This document shows, in pieces, positions 39,227-48,298 of a stretch of DNA of 64,000 bases; the first letter of the stretch is position 1; each line of letters starts with the position of its first letter. Source of the stretch: a virus; IMG/VR virus record IMGVR_UViG_3300028287_000410, positions 32,001 to 96,000 of that record; one strand, written 5' to 3'. The translations under genes were made by a program, and so were the position numbers. Below the pieces are notes generated by a model, which saw only the letters and a program-made list of their open reading frames with translations, had not been told where the DNA came from and ran no database searches.

Positions 39227-39670
39227 ATGACTAAAGATGAACTTCAAGTAATCCTAGAAAAACATAAGCTATGGCTCCAGGGTAATAAAGAAGGAGTTCG
39301 TGCTGACTTGCGCGGTGCTGACTTGTGTGGCGCTGACTTGAGTGGTGCTAACTTGATTGCTGCTAACTTGAGTGGTGCTAACTTGAGTGGTGCTATCTTG
39401 AGGGGTGCTATCTTAGAGGTTGCTAACTTGAGTGGTGCTACCTCGAGGGGTGCTGACTTGAGGAATGCTAACTTAGGGGGTGCTAACTTAGAGTATGCTG
39501 ACTTGCGTGATGCTAACTTGAGTGGTGCTGGCTTAGAGAATGCTAACTTAGAGGAGGCTGACTTGTGGTGTGCTAACTTGAGTGGTGCTGACTTGTCTGA
39601 TGCTAACTTGAGTGGTGCTGACTTGAGGAATGCTAACTTAGAGGGTGCTAACTTTGGAGAAACAGAATGA
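39227..39670 (+). CDS. Pentapeptide repeat protein
   Basis: ILEKHKLWL leader then A(D/N)Lxx repeats; 15-bp DNA repeat GCTAACTTGAGTGGT. Confidence 0.95.
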   Translation: MTKDELQVILEKHKLWLQGNKEGVRADLRGADLCGADLSGANLIAANLSGANLSGAILRGAILEVANLSGATSRGADLRNANLGGANLEYADLRDANLSGAGLENANLEEADLWCANLSGADLSDANLSGADLRNANLEGANFGETE

Positions 39671-39834
39671 ATAAACTTGAAGAACTCCAAGCCGCTTGTG
39701 ATGCTGCTGCTCAGGATGAGCTGGATGCTGCTATTGTGATGCTGCTCATGCTGCTTGCTGTAGCTGCTGTAGCTGCTGTAGCTGCTCTCCAAGCCGAGCT
39801 AAAGAGAACACAAGAGGAGAGACAGAATGACTGA
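39667..39834 (+). CDS. 55-aa Ala-rich low-complexity protein
   Basis: [15 protein letters not shown]...; ATGA overlap with upstream stop, GGAG RBS. Confidence 0.55.
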   Translation: MNKLEELQAACDAAAQDELDAAIVMLLMLLAVAAVAAVAALQAELKRTQEERQND

Positions 39835-40003
39835 ACTTGAAGAACATAAGGCTGCGCGTGCTGATGCTCGTGCTGCTGTTGATGCTACTTATGATGCTGC
39901 CCGTGCTGATGCTTGGGCTGCTGCTGATGCTTATGAAGTTTATAAAATGGAGCAAGGTTATCGCTGGAAAGGTACTGAAGGCGACATATGGGTTAAATCA
40001 TGA
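39827..40003 (+). CDS. 58-aa Ala-rich protein (paralog of 39667..39834)
   Basis: [17 protein letters not shown]...; GAGGAG RBS; ATGA-coupled to 40000. Confidence 0.6.
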   Translation: MTELEEHKAARADARAAVDATYDAARADAWAAADAYEVYKMEQGYRWKGTEGDIWVKS

Positions 40004-40737
40004 TTGATGCATCTACGTTCTGTAATCAGGATTTGGAACCGGTCCGCCTCTATGATGAACCGATCACTAAGCTAGAACTGCTTGCACTTGCTATTGCTGC
40101 TCAACGCATTAATGGTGGGTATTATAAACGTGGTGGACATTCTGGCTTTGTTAACAAAGTCGAAGACGGTGAGGAAGTACAACGCTTTGAACTTGTTAAG
40201 CAATCTAATCGCTTTGTTATGGAAACTGTTCAACAAACAGACCCAAACATTATCACTAAAGAATTACTTGCAGAAGCGTCTGAAATGATGACCGCTCTTG
40301 AAATGGACTATATGTTCAAAGTTCTAGGTGATAACATGAATGATTTTGAAAGTTCCATTCATCAATTCTTAGCAGACGATATTGAGGTTCAGCTTTGGAT
40401 GCATGTTGGTGTAGTTGCTTATATCCCCGAATATATAGAACGTGAAACAAAACAACGTGAACTCACAGAACGTTCAATAGGTTCTGAATATATCGGTACC
40501 AAAGGTAAAGCTATCGTTACTGAAATTGAGATTATTTCTAAGCGAGCCGCAACACAGTGGGCAGGTTGGAATGTAAATGCTATTACTACTGATGGTAACC
40601 GTGTTTCATTCTTTACTACTAAAGATGATTTAGCAAATAAAAAAGGTGTCTTTAAAATCGCCGCTAAGGTAAAAGATTGTGGTAATGTTTGGCAAGACCC
40701 AGATATTAAAGAAACTCGTCTTAACTACGTTAAGTAA
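40000..40737 (+). CDS. Phage hypothetical protein (possible C-terminal OB-fold)
   Basis: AAQRINGGYYK; SEYIG...ETRLNYVK beta-rich end. Confidence 0.7.
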   Translation: MIDASTFCNQDLEPVRLYDEPITKLELLALAIAAQRINGGYYKRGGHSGFVNKVEDGEEVQRFELVKQSNRFVMETVQQTDPNIITKELLAEASEMMTALEMDYMFKVLGDNMNDFESSIHQFLADDIEVQLWMHVGVVAYIPEYIERETKQRELTERSIGSEYIGTKGKAIVTEIEIISKRAATQWAGWNVNAITTDGNRVSFFTTKDDLANKKGVFKIAAKVKDCGNVWQDPDIKETRLNYVK

Positions 40738-41689
40738 AATTTTCTCTGTAGATTAAATCAGCAACGTCCATGCAGATACTTCTACCCCAATGGGCAAGTC
40801 TAGGCGACTTGTCCTTTTCTTCTATATACATATCTCTAGCATAAAAATCATCAATGAATTTGATATGGTCTGGGTTGTTATAGTCCAACTTTAATTTTCC
40901 AGTTTCTAAATCAACTCGCATTTGATAGTAAGTTATATCCTTAGGTTTCATCCATTCTGCTTCTAGCAATGGGCCTTTACCAGCTTCGCCGCTGTTTGTT
41001 ACATCATACTGTATTGTCCCAAGGATATTATGTACATCTTTATACAATTGATAATCATATAATGTATTATAACAGAAGTCAGAATTAAGATACGTAGTCG
41101 GTGTCAAATATTCTGCTCTATGCTGTTTTCTTTCTGCATTGGATAAATGAGCAGCATTAGTAATATCCGAATGATCCCACATACCTTTCCCATTCAGCCC
41201 GTAACCATATGTCCAAGTGCTTCTGTTTGTATGTGTCCAAAGTACTATAACTTTTTTAGGTTTATATTTTTTTATAACGTGTATTGCATTATTATGAATA
41301 CGGCGATTACTAGATCCAGGGACCCCAAGATTCATAGTCGGTACGTTATATTTAGAAGTCAGTATAGAAGATACAGTATTATAACTCTCAATTGATTGAC
41401 CATATACATAAGAACAACCTACTATAGCACATGTATTGTCCCAGTCTACAGTATCAAATTCTACATCATTTCTGAAGCCGTCACTGTTATGTACATAAAA
41501 ATGTGGATCATCAGCTTTATTACCACTAAATCTCCAATTTGGATGGGCATACTTTTTTGCTCGGTCACAGTTTAGTCTCTCGGTGCCTTGTGGACCGCCT
41601 ATGTACTCTAGCTTGCCACTATTTCGTGTCATGAACTCCGTATCAGGTATTTTATCCAGTGGTTCTATTATATCAGTAATGCTTCTCAT
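40730..41689 (-). CDS. SGNH-like protein (paralog of 37405..38349)
   Basis: NSDGFR, VGCSYVYG, NLGVPGSSN, KVIVLW, ARD...AHWG. Confidence 0.72.
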   Translation of the reverse strand: MRSITDIIEPLDKIPDTEFMTRNSGKLEYIGGPQGTERLNCDRAKKYAHPNWRFSGNKADDPHFYVHNSDGFRNDVEFDTVDWDNTCAIVGCSYVYGQSIESYNTVSSILTSKYNVPTMNLGVPGSSNRRIHNNAIHVIKKYKPKKVIVLWTHTNRSTWTYGYGLNGKGMWDHSDITNAAHLSNAERKQHRAEYLTPTTYLNSDFCYNTLYDYQLYKDVHNILGTIQYDVTNSGEAGKGPLLEAEWMKPKDITYYQMRVDLETGKLKLDYNNPDHIKFIDDFYARDMYIEEKDKSPRLAHWGRSICMDVADLIYRENFT

Positions 41690-41712
41690 AAACATATTTA
41701 TGCTAAAAAATA

Positions 41713-41754
41713 CTTGACAAATCTGCGAATCATGCTATATTAATTAAGTAATCA
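41713..41754 (+). repeat. 42-bp early-promoter repeat, copy 2
   Basis: Identical to 38374-38415. Confidence 0.95.
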
Positions 41755-41764
41755 AAGAGAGGAA

Positions 41765-43510
41765 ATGATTCTTATGAAACTCAAAGCACTAACACTACTA
41801 ACAATGTCAGTTGCAGTAGCAGGATGTCAAACCATTGCTGGTACAATTGATTCATCGCAACGAATGCTCAATCAACTCGGCTACAATGCTGGTCCAGTTG
41901 ACGGCGCTTATGGTAAGAAAACACGTGGTGCTTTAGAAAAGTTCTATGCTGATAATGGCTCGTCATATGATGGTAAACTTGATGCAAATGAAGTTGCTGA
42001 TTTGACTGAGGCAATGGATGCGGCAGGGCTAGATTCATATCAAGTAGATGCACACACATCGCAATTTTCAGGCAAACACTACGGCACAGATTTAAAAATG
42101 CGTGGTAATAAATATATCCTGCCATTGCGCTCAACAACTAATGCACCAGATAAAATTCATCACGATGACCAACGTACTTGGGCAATCACATATGATACTG
42201 ATGAAACAAATTTTTACGCGGTGGGAGATTTCAATAATGACGGTGTTCGTGATTATTTCGTAACTTTTGCTCAATGGGATCTGCTTGGCGAACTTGGCGC
42301 CGACGGTACATTTATAGGCGAGGGCTGGCAAGTAGGCAAATCAATGTCTTATGCGATGATAGCTGGTGACCCGGAGACGGGGTATGCGACTCCAAATCTA
42401 TACATGATGGGAGGTGCGAAATTTAATTTCAAAGGAGAAAACTTAACTGACCGTATTATTCAAACAGGTAATTTGGGTAAGCTAGTAACACATCAACCAG
42501 CGCCTGTTCAGCCACTTGTAGCAGATTTCAACGGTGACGGAGTAGACGATGTTTATGTTGCTTCCGCAGTTCGTAATGGAGCTAATAATCAGGCGTTTCA
42601 CAACTACTTCTTGTCTCAACCCGATGGTACGTTTTTAGAGTCAAGCAAAACACATCTTCGTGGTCATAGCATTGATAGAAAAACTGGGCGTTTCACCAAA
42701 TTCTCTCACCGCGCTGAGGTTTCTGATTTAGATAATGATGGAGATATGGACATTGTTTTTGCTCATGTTGAATGGATTGGCAATAATGGAGAAATCGGTT
42801 GTTTTATTAACGATGGCACGGGGAAAATGAAAAGTAAGCGTTGCGGCAATCAACACGGAACTAATGTTAAAGTAGGCGACTTTAATGGTGATGGTCACAA
42901 AGACATGTTAGCTTTTCCTTCAGGCACATACGAATGCAGTAACTATTTTGGTGAAGATAAAAGACGGAAATACCCTGCAACTAAGGCTCAGCGTACGCCG
43001 CGTGTAATGTTCGGAAATGGCACGAATAACTGGTCTATTAATCGTGGGCACACATTCAACGGTGGCTCAGTTGGTTATCAACAGCATAGAACAGACATTA
43101 AAATCCCTCTTTGTAATATACCAGAAGCAATCGTAATGGATGTCGATAATGATGGCGACTTAGACTTGGTAGGTAATGCTGTCGGATATCAGTACACAGG
43201 AGGATATTTCGTTGTTTTCAAAAATGATGGAGCGGGGAACTTTACTATTAGTAACACAATTGCTGCAAAGTACCCTCGTCCAGAAATGATTGACTATGAT
43301 ACGTTCCCAAAAGAAGAGGCTGGTCATGGTTTGCAAGGCTATTGCTACAGTCTTTATACAATTGACATTAACCATGATGGAAATATGGATTTCATGTGTG
43401 ATGGGAATAGGTCACAACCAGTAGATGGCACAGTTTGGGTTAATGATGGTACAGGTAATTTCAAGCGTTTAGGCAAGTCACAGCTACAAAAGTTTGCAGA
43501 TATCTTTTAA
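41765..43510 (+). CDS. Lipoprotein with peptidoglycan-binding domain and FG-GAP/VCBS repeats
   Basis: Lipobox VAGC; LNQLGYNAGPVDGAYGKKT; six D(F/L/V/I)(N/D)xDGxxD repeats. Confidence 0.85.
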   Translation: MILMKLKALTLLTMSVAVAGCQTIAGTIDSSQRMLNQLGYNAGPVDGAYGKKTRGALEKFYADNGSSYDGKLDANEVADLTEAMDAAGLDSYQVDAHTSQFSGKHYGTDLKMRGNKYILPLRSTTNAPDKIHHDDQRTWAITYDTDETNFYAVGDFNNDGVRDYFVTFAQWDLLGELGADGTFIGEGWQVGKSMSYAMIAGDPETGYATPNLYMMGGAKFNFKGENLTDRIIQTGNLGKLVTHQPAPVQPLVADFNGDGVDDVYVASAVRNGANNQAFHNYFLSQPDGTFLESSKTHLRGHSIDRKTGRFTKFSHRAEVSDLDNDGDMDIVFAHVEWIGNNGEIGCFINDGTGKMKSKRCGNQHGTNVKVGDFNGDGHKDMLAFPSGTYECSNYFGEDKRRKYPATKAQRTPRVMFGNGTNNWSINRGHTFNGGSVGYQQHRTDIKIPLCNIPEAIVMDVDNDGDLDLVGNAVGYQYTGGYFVVFKNDGAGNFTISNTIAAKYPRPEMIDYDTFPKEEAGHGLQGYCYSLYTIDINHDGNMDFMCDGNRSQPVDGTVWVNDGTGNFKRLGKSQLQKFADIF

Positions 43511-43531
43511 TTTAGAAACACATCTATAAAA

Positions 43532-44232
43532 TTAAAATGGGGCACCAAGTGTCCCATTTTTTATGTTTTCTAAAATCAATCTAGCCCACTCTGCGTGTGC
43601 ATCAGCACCAAAATGTTCTGCTGGTGTTCGTTCATATCCATTATTTACAAGATATTCCCAGTAAGGTGTTGCACAATGAAATCCTCATTGTACACACTTC
43701 TGTCACTCTCTGTCATCCAATAAGTATATCCAGATTTATCAAGCATATACTTTGCACTAAGTATATTCTTTATCTTTAAAATATCTGTATATTCCGGATC
43801 TGCGATATATTTAATATAATAATCGTAAAACTTTCTGTTATCTTTACTAACTTTCCATCTAGAACCGTCAGGATTAATACCATCATATCCCATTCCAACT
43901 GAGAAGTTCTGATACCCATCTTGTGTTTTTAATTCAATTCTATCAGGGCCTGTCCATTGGATAAGGAACTTATCTCCCTTTTCTGCCTTGTGCGTTTCAC
44001 CGAAGAATTCAAACCCATCATTTAATAAATCATATATAACACGATGTATTCTATCGTTGCTACCTCCAGGCCAAGACAAGTTAATAGGATCAAGTCCCAA
44101 CTCACGTGCTACGATTGCCCCATAGCAGTTCGTTAGGTTGGTATCAGTAAAATGACCAATACCAGCGCCTTCTATTTCGCATCCCATGCCATGGGAACAC
44201 GCAATGATGAATAACTTACTCATAGGTGCCAC
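43532..44232 (-). pseudogene. SGNH-like gene with a frameshift near 43675 (or assembly error)
   Basis: IACSHGMG, NLSWPGGSN, IQWT in the ORF to 43645; catalytic-His block EHFGADAHAEWA continues in another frame to stop 43532. Confidence 0.65.
43534..43562. terminator. Bidirectional intrinsic terminator
   Basis: AAAATGGGGCAC-CAA-GTGTCCCATTTTTT between convergent genes. Confidence 0.75.
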
Positions 44233-45083
44233 TCATAATCTTTTGCATATCCTGCATATATACGTTGTCCTGTTGGATTTAAATGCCACGAATCAAAAAA
44301 TATACAAGATTCTTTTCCAAATTTATTTTCGATTGGACTTAAAAAATATTTTCGTATATTATCGCTATAATAACCTGGTGTTTTTAATTTGCGTTCTAAT
44401 CTAACATTAAGATTTTTTATTGCAGTTTCAGCATCATCTCCATATGTATCTATCAGATACTTTATTTGTACGTGAAAGAAATCATTTATCAAACAATGCC
44501 CTGTTGGTAATTTCATAGCATCTGTTAAGTCATAATAATTTGTTACTTCTGGTATGAACGTTCTCAGTGAGTAATCAGGCATATACTCCGTAACATAATC
44601 ACTTTTTACTTCAATTGGCTCAAAATGCCCATGTAATATTTTGAAATTTGCCCCAGTATCCCGTAAAACTAGAGAAATATAATTATTCCAAGTACTATGT
44701 TTTAGTCTATCTCCCAATGGCGAATTGAATCTATCTGCATAATCTAAAATTCTTTTGTCTTTACTCTCTGCGTAATCTGACCAAATATCAGGATGATTAA
44801 GATCAGTGTCGATATACCTCGTAAACTGGTCTACTGATTCCTTTGGCGACATAAATCTAGGACCAGTACTTAAACATATTAGAACAAAATCACCTGGTTG
44901 AATTTCAGCAATACAATCTCTGCACATAGTTACGATTGCTTCTGTTGAAATGCCAGCTTTCGCATAATTTTTTACCTCGTATCCCTTTTCAGAAAACACA
45001 ATATCAACCCAACTTTGCTTTTGTCCTCTTGGAAAAGTGCTATCCTGAAAACTGTCGCCGAATACCCAACACTTCTTAGACAT
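44220..45083 (-). CDS. SGNH-like protein
   Basis: VFGDSF, NYAKAGIS, DSWHLNPTGQ. Confidence 0.75.
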   Translation of the reverse strand: MSKKCWVFGDSFQDSTFPRGQKQSWVDIVFSEKGYEVKNYAKAGISTEAIVTMCRDCIAEIQPGDFVLICLSTGPRFMSPKESVDQFTRYIDTDLNHPDIWSDYAESKDKRILDYADRFNSPLGDRLKHSTWNNYISLVLRDTGANFKILHGHFEPIEVKSDYVTEYMPDYSLRTFIPEVTNYYDLTDAMKLPTGHCLINDFFHVQIKYLIDTYGDDAETAIKNLNVRLERKLKTPGYYSDNIRKYFLSPIENKFGKESCIFFDSWHLNPTGQRIYAGYAKDYEWHL

Positions 45084-45948
45084 TAGAAAGCTCCAACATT
45101 GTTGGAATTATTTCTTTATTAATACAGTGAACATGATACGCATTATTAATATCAAAAACGGTATCTGTAACTAATTGATTCCACGACGGCTTTAGCTCTG
45201 CTACAAAGTCACCATTTGATTTTATTCGCATTTGCAACCATTGAAAAAACACTTCATCTGATGGATGAAATAAAAGGTGTTCTTGGTCGCTACTACTAAC
45301 CTCTTTATAAGGCAATGTCATCGCATGAGTGTTTTGCGGTTCTGTTATGAAGTACTGCTGTTTGTGCTTATGAATTTCTATACAAAAATTTACGTAATCA
45401 TTTACCATAGTTTCAGTTATTGTTTTTTTATTTAATATTAATAGTCCAGAATTATAACGATATCGCAGTGTTTTGATATCTTCGAATGTCATCCCAGTGT
45501 ACATGCAATAGTAGTACAAGAATGATGTGTCATACAAGTATGGTTTTTGTCTACAACTAACAGTGAGAACATGATTTTTATAACATTGTTGATCCAATAC
45601 GCAATTATCAACATCATCTAATTTTTTGTACTCCATAAATACACTATCAAAATCTGCAAATACGAAATATGTCATTTCAGGATAATCTTCTATTGCTGAT
45701 AGTATAGTATAAAGTTTTCCTATGCCAGGGAACACTCTCATAGCATTTATCGGTATATTGTAATCAGAGAATGTTCTACCAGTTAAATTGTATCTATATG
45801 GAACTTCGTCTCCGTAAAGTCTGTACTTCATATCATTAAATTCAGCAAAGCGTTTATGGTTTTGTATAATGTCTTGCTTATAAGGCTTTATTAAGTCATA
45901 ATGTACACCTTTATATAGTGTGCTGATTAGCATAGTATCAGTCGCCAT
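45076..45948 (-). CDS. Putative glycosyltransferase (GT-A)
   Basis: FADFDS (DxD), YNSGLLIL, SDE, WN, HVHC. Confidence 0.6.
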   Translation of the reverse strand: MATDTMLISTLYKGVHYDLIKPYKQDIIQNHKRFAEFNDMKYRLYGDEVPYRYNLTGRTFSDYNIPINAMRVFPGIGKLYTILSAIEDYPEMTYFVFADFDSVFMEYKKLDDVDNCVLDQQCYKNHVLTVSCRQKPYLYDTSFLYYYCMYTGMTFEDIKTLRYRYNSGLLILNKKTITETMVNDYVNFCIEIHKHKQQYFITEPQNTHAMTLPYKEVSSSDQEHLLFHPSDEVFFQWLQMRIKSNGDFVAELKPSWNQLVTDTVFDINNAYHVHCINKEIIPTMLELSNV

Positions 45949-47104
45949 TTAAATATCCCTCTAGTCCTGAGAATACATCATTAAAGTTCTGTTCTCTAAT
46001 CTTGTCGATTTGATTAATATCTTTGCGCACATTTAAGAAATCCATTTGAGTATTGTTCATATAGTTTACAACACCATCGATAGTTTTTTCTTGTAGAATA
46101 TCATTCCATTCTACAAGAAATTCATTTTCAATTCTATCAGTTATAATATTCTTAACTTCTTTCGGTAATGCTGCAATGCTTGTATTAGCATCATATACAA
46201 TATTTAGCCAGACTGGGATTTGTTTCTCATAATAATATTCTAGGCTCTCAATAAGATTAAAGATACTATATACACTCACTCCATAGCTGATGGTTGGAGT
46301 AATACCTGCGTTAACATATCTTTGTAACGTATCTTCATATACACTCCACTCTGCTGGATATCTAGAATATTCGAACCCTTCACGAACCCCATCTGCACTT
46401 AACATAATAGTGATATGTTTAAAGTGCGGCCAGATATTTTTAACTGCATGTTCTGGGAATATAGTACCGTTCGTAGCGTAACTTACTGTAATATTCTTAC
46501 TCAATCCACGTTCAATCAGTCTTTCTAAGAATTGAAATTGTTGCTTAATAAGCATTGGTTCACCGCCAAAGATTTCAATTGCTTCAACATGTTCCATCAT
46601 TGTATCTAGTTCTTCCCAGAACTTGTCATTATTATACCATTTGAAGTTTGCTAATTGCAAATCAGAGAATACTTTATTTGTATTGAATAGTTTCTTCTTG
46701 TCATCAATCCATTTTGAACTACTAAATTCGTTGCATATACGGCATTTAAGATTACATGTATTTCCTGGCTTTATATCTATAATCTTTAAGTTGAATTCGC
46801 CACGCTTAATATTATCAATTTCCATAGCATAGCGTTCATTCTCTCGCATACGTCTACTAACGTTACCATTGGCTTCTTCGCTATAGCATTTCCGGCACCC
46901 GGAATTAGGTTTATCGGCAAGCATTTTATCTTGCATGTTTTTAATCCAAGTACTATTTCTAATGTCATGTATACTATCAGTTCTAGCATTAAAATGCGAA
47001 CCATCGTCTTTAAGATAGTGTCCATCGTATACACAACATGGTCTAATTTTACCATTGGTATCTACTTCAAAATGCACAAAAGGAAGAACACAGAACTTAC
47101 TCAT
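45938..47104 (-). CDS. Radical SAM protein with N-terminal twitch/SPASM domain
   Basis: FCVLPF..PCC..CRKC; CNLKCRIC; GGEPM. Confidence 0.92.
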   Translation of the reverse strand: MSKFCVLPFVHFEVDTNGKIRPCCVYDGHYLKDDGSHFNARTDSIHDIRNSTWIKNMQDKMLADKPNSGCRKCYSEEANGNVSRRMRENERYAMEIDNIKRGEFNLKIIDIKPGNTCNLKCRICNEFSSSKWIDDKKKLFNTNKVFSDLQLANFKWYNNDKFWEELDTMMEHVEAIEIFGGEPMLIKQQFQFLERLIERGLSKNITVSYATNGTIFPEHAVKNIWPHFKHITIMLSADGVREGFEYSRYPAEWSVYEDTLQRYVNAGITPTISYGVSVYSIFNLIESLEYYYEKQIPVWLNIVYDANTSIAALPKEVKNIITDRIENEFLVEWNDILQEKTIDGVVNYMNNTQMDFLNVRKDINQIDKIREQNFNDVFSGLEGYLNGD

Positions 47105-48294
47105 TAGAATAGTCCTTTAAATTCGTCTAGATAATCAACGATAGTATGTTCTCTGATAGTGTCTAATTCTTTTGTGTACTCTATCGCACTTTCCCATTTT
47201 GCTTTATTGTCTGGACCACCGAACATATTCTTTAGTTCGTTCATTTTCCAGTCATCAAATATATTTGAAAACCTGTCGTGAATAGAATCGCGCATTGCTT
47301 TTGGCAACACCGCTGGTGACAGAATGTCTGGATCATACACATAGTTATGATGTACCCAAACACCGTGTTCTCTGTGGAAGAAGTTGAAAAAGTCTCCCAA
47401 CGTGCTGTAGTTCATCCACGATACAGTCTGTGTAACGTCTAGTTCAAAGTCCTCTTCTTTAAGACGTAAGAAGTTCTTCATTACAGTATCCCATTCTGTT
47501 GGGAATCGGATGTAGTGATTTCTATCACCTAGATCATCAATAGAACACGATACTTTTACATGATCGAACTTGCGCCATAGAGCAATGATATCTTCATTCA
47601 TGTTCGTCATGTTGATGTTATACCATAGTTTGATATCTGTTTTACCCATTTCAACTAAACGCTCTAAGAACTTAAAGTGTTGTTTGATTAATGTTGGTTC
47701 CCCACCATTGATATAGAATGTCTTTACATTATCACAATGCTGTAGTAAGTCTTCCCAGAACCCCTCACGTTCAGGCCAACGAAAGCCTTCCATCGTGTTG
47801 TAGTCTGTTAACTTAAACGTTGTTGCTTTCTGTAGCTGGTCATAATCATTACGCCATTTACTACTAGACGCCGGGTTACATGTTCTACATTTTACATTAC
47901 AAACATTGCCCAACCTTAGCTCAACAAACTCTAGTTGTACGTCTTTCATGTATCCAGTGTCGTCAGTGGCGTCCCTAGCGACTCCTACAGTGTACTCAGG
48001 ATAGTTCTTTATTTCTTCTATGCGTTTACTGTGCATACCTTTAGCTTCTTCGCTATAGCAACGCAGACACGCTTGTGGTTTCTTACCATCTAATACTTGA
48101 AGTCTCGCCTTACGAAATGTTTCACTATTCATAGTATCAAACACTGTATCACGATTTAGATTGTAATATCTATTTTCGCCATCTTTAGCACTACTACGTG
48201 CTTGACGATGATCCGCAATACAACAATGCGTCACTCCGCCATGTGGATGTGTCGCTAAGTGTTGAAATAGTAATGGGCAGAATGTATCACTCAT
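47104..48294 (-). CDS. Radical SAM protein with N-terminal twitch/SPASM domain
   Basis: FCPL..HCC..CLRC; CNVKCRTC; GGEPT. Confidence 0.92.
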   Translation of the reverse strand: MSDTFCPLLFQHLATHPHGGVTHCCIADHRQARSSAKDGENRYYNLNRDTVFDTMNSETFRKARLQVLDGKKPQACLRCYSEEAKGMHSKRIEEIKNYPEYTVGVARDATDDTGYMKDVQLEFVELRLGNVCNVKCRTCNPASSSKWRNDYDQLQKATTFKLTDYNTMEGFRWPEREGFWEDLLQHCDNVKTFYINGGEPTLIKQHFKFLERLVEMGKTDIKLWYNINMTNMNEDIIALWRKFDHVKVSCSIDDLGDRNHYIRFPTEWDTVMKNFLRLKEEDFELDVTQTVSWMNYSTLGDFFNFFHREHGVWVHHNYVYDPDILSPAVLPKAMRDSIHDRFSNIFDDWKMNELKNMFGGPDNKAKWESAIEYTKELDTIREHTIVDYLDEFKGLF

Positions 48295-48298
48295 TTTT

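Noticed and set aside
39300-39660. Possible CRISPR array or DGR repeat
   Set aside because: 15-bp in-frame coding repeats without spacers; no cas or reverse transcriptase gene in the window
39244-39792. 182-aa minus-strand repeat ORF (KLAPL repeats)
   Set aside because: Antisense shadow of the pentapeptide and Ala-rich repeats
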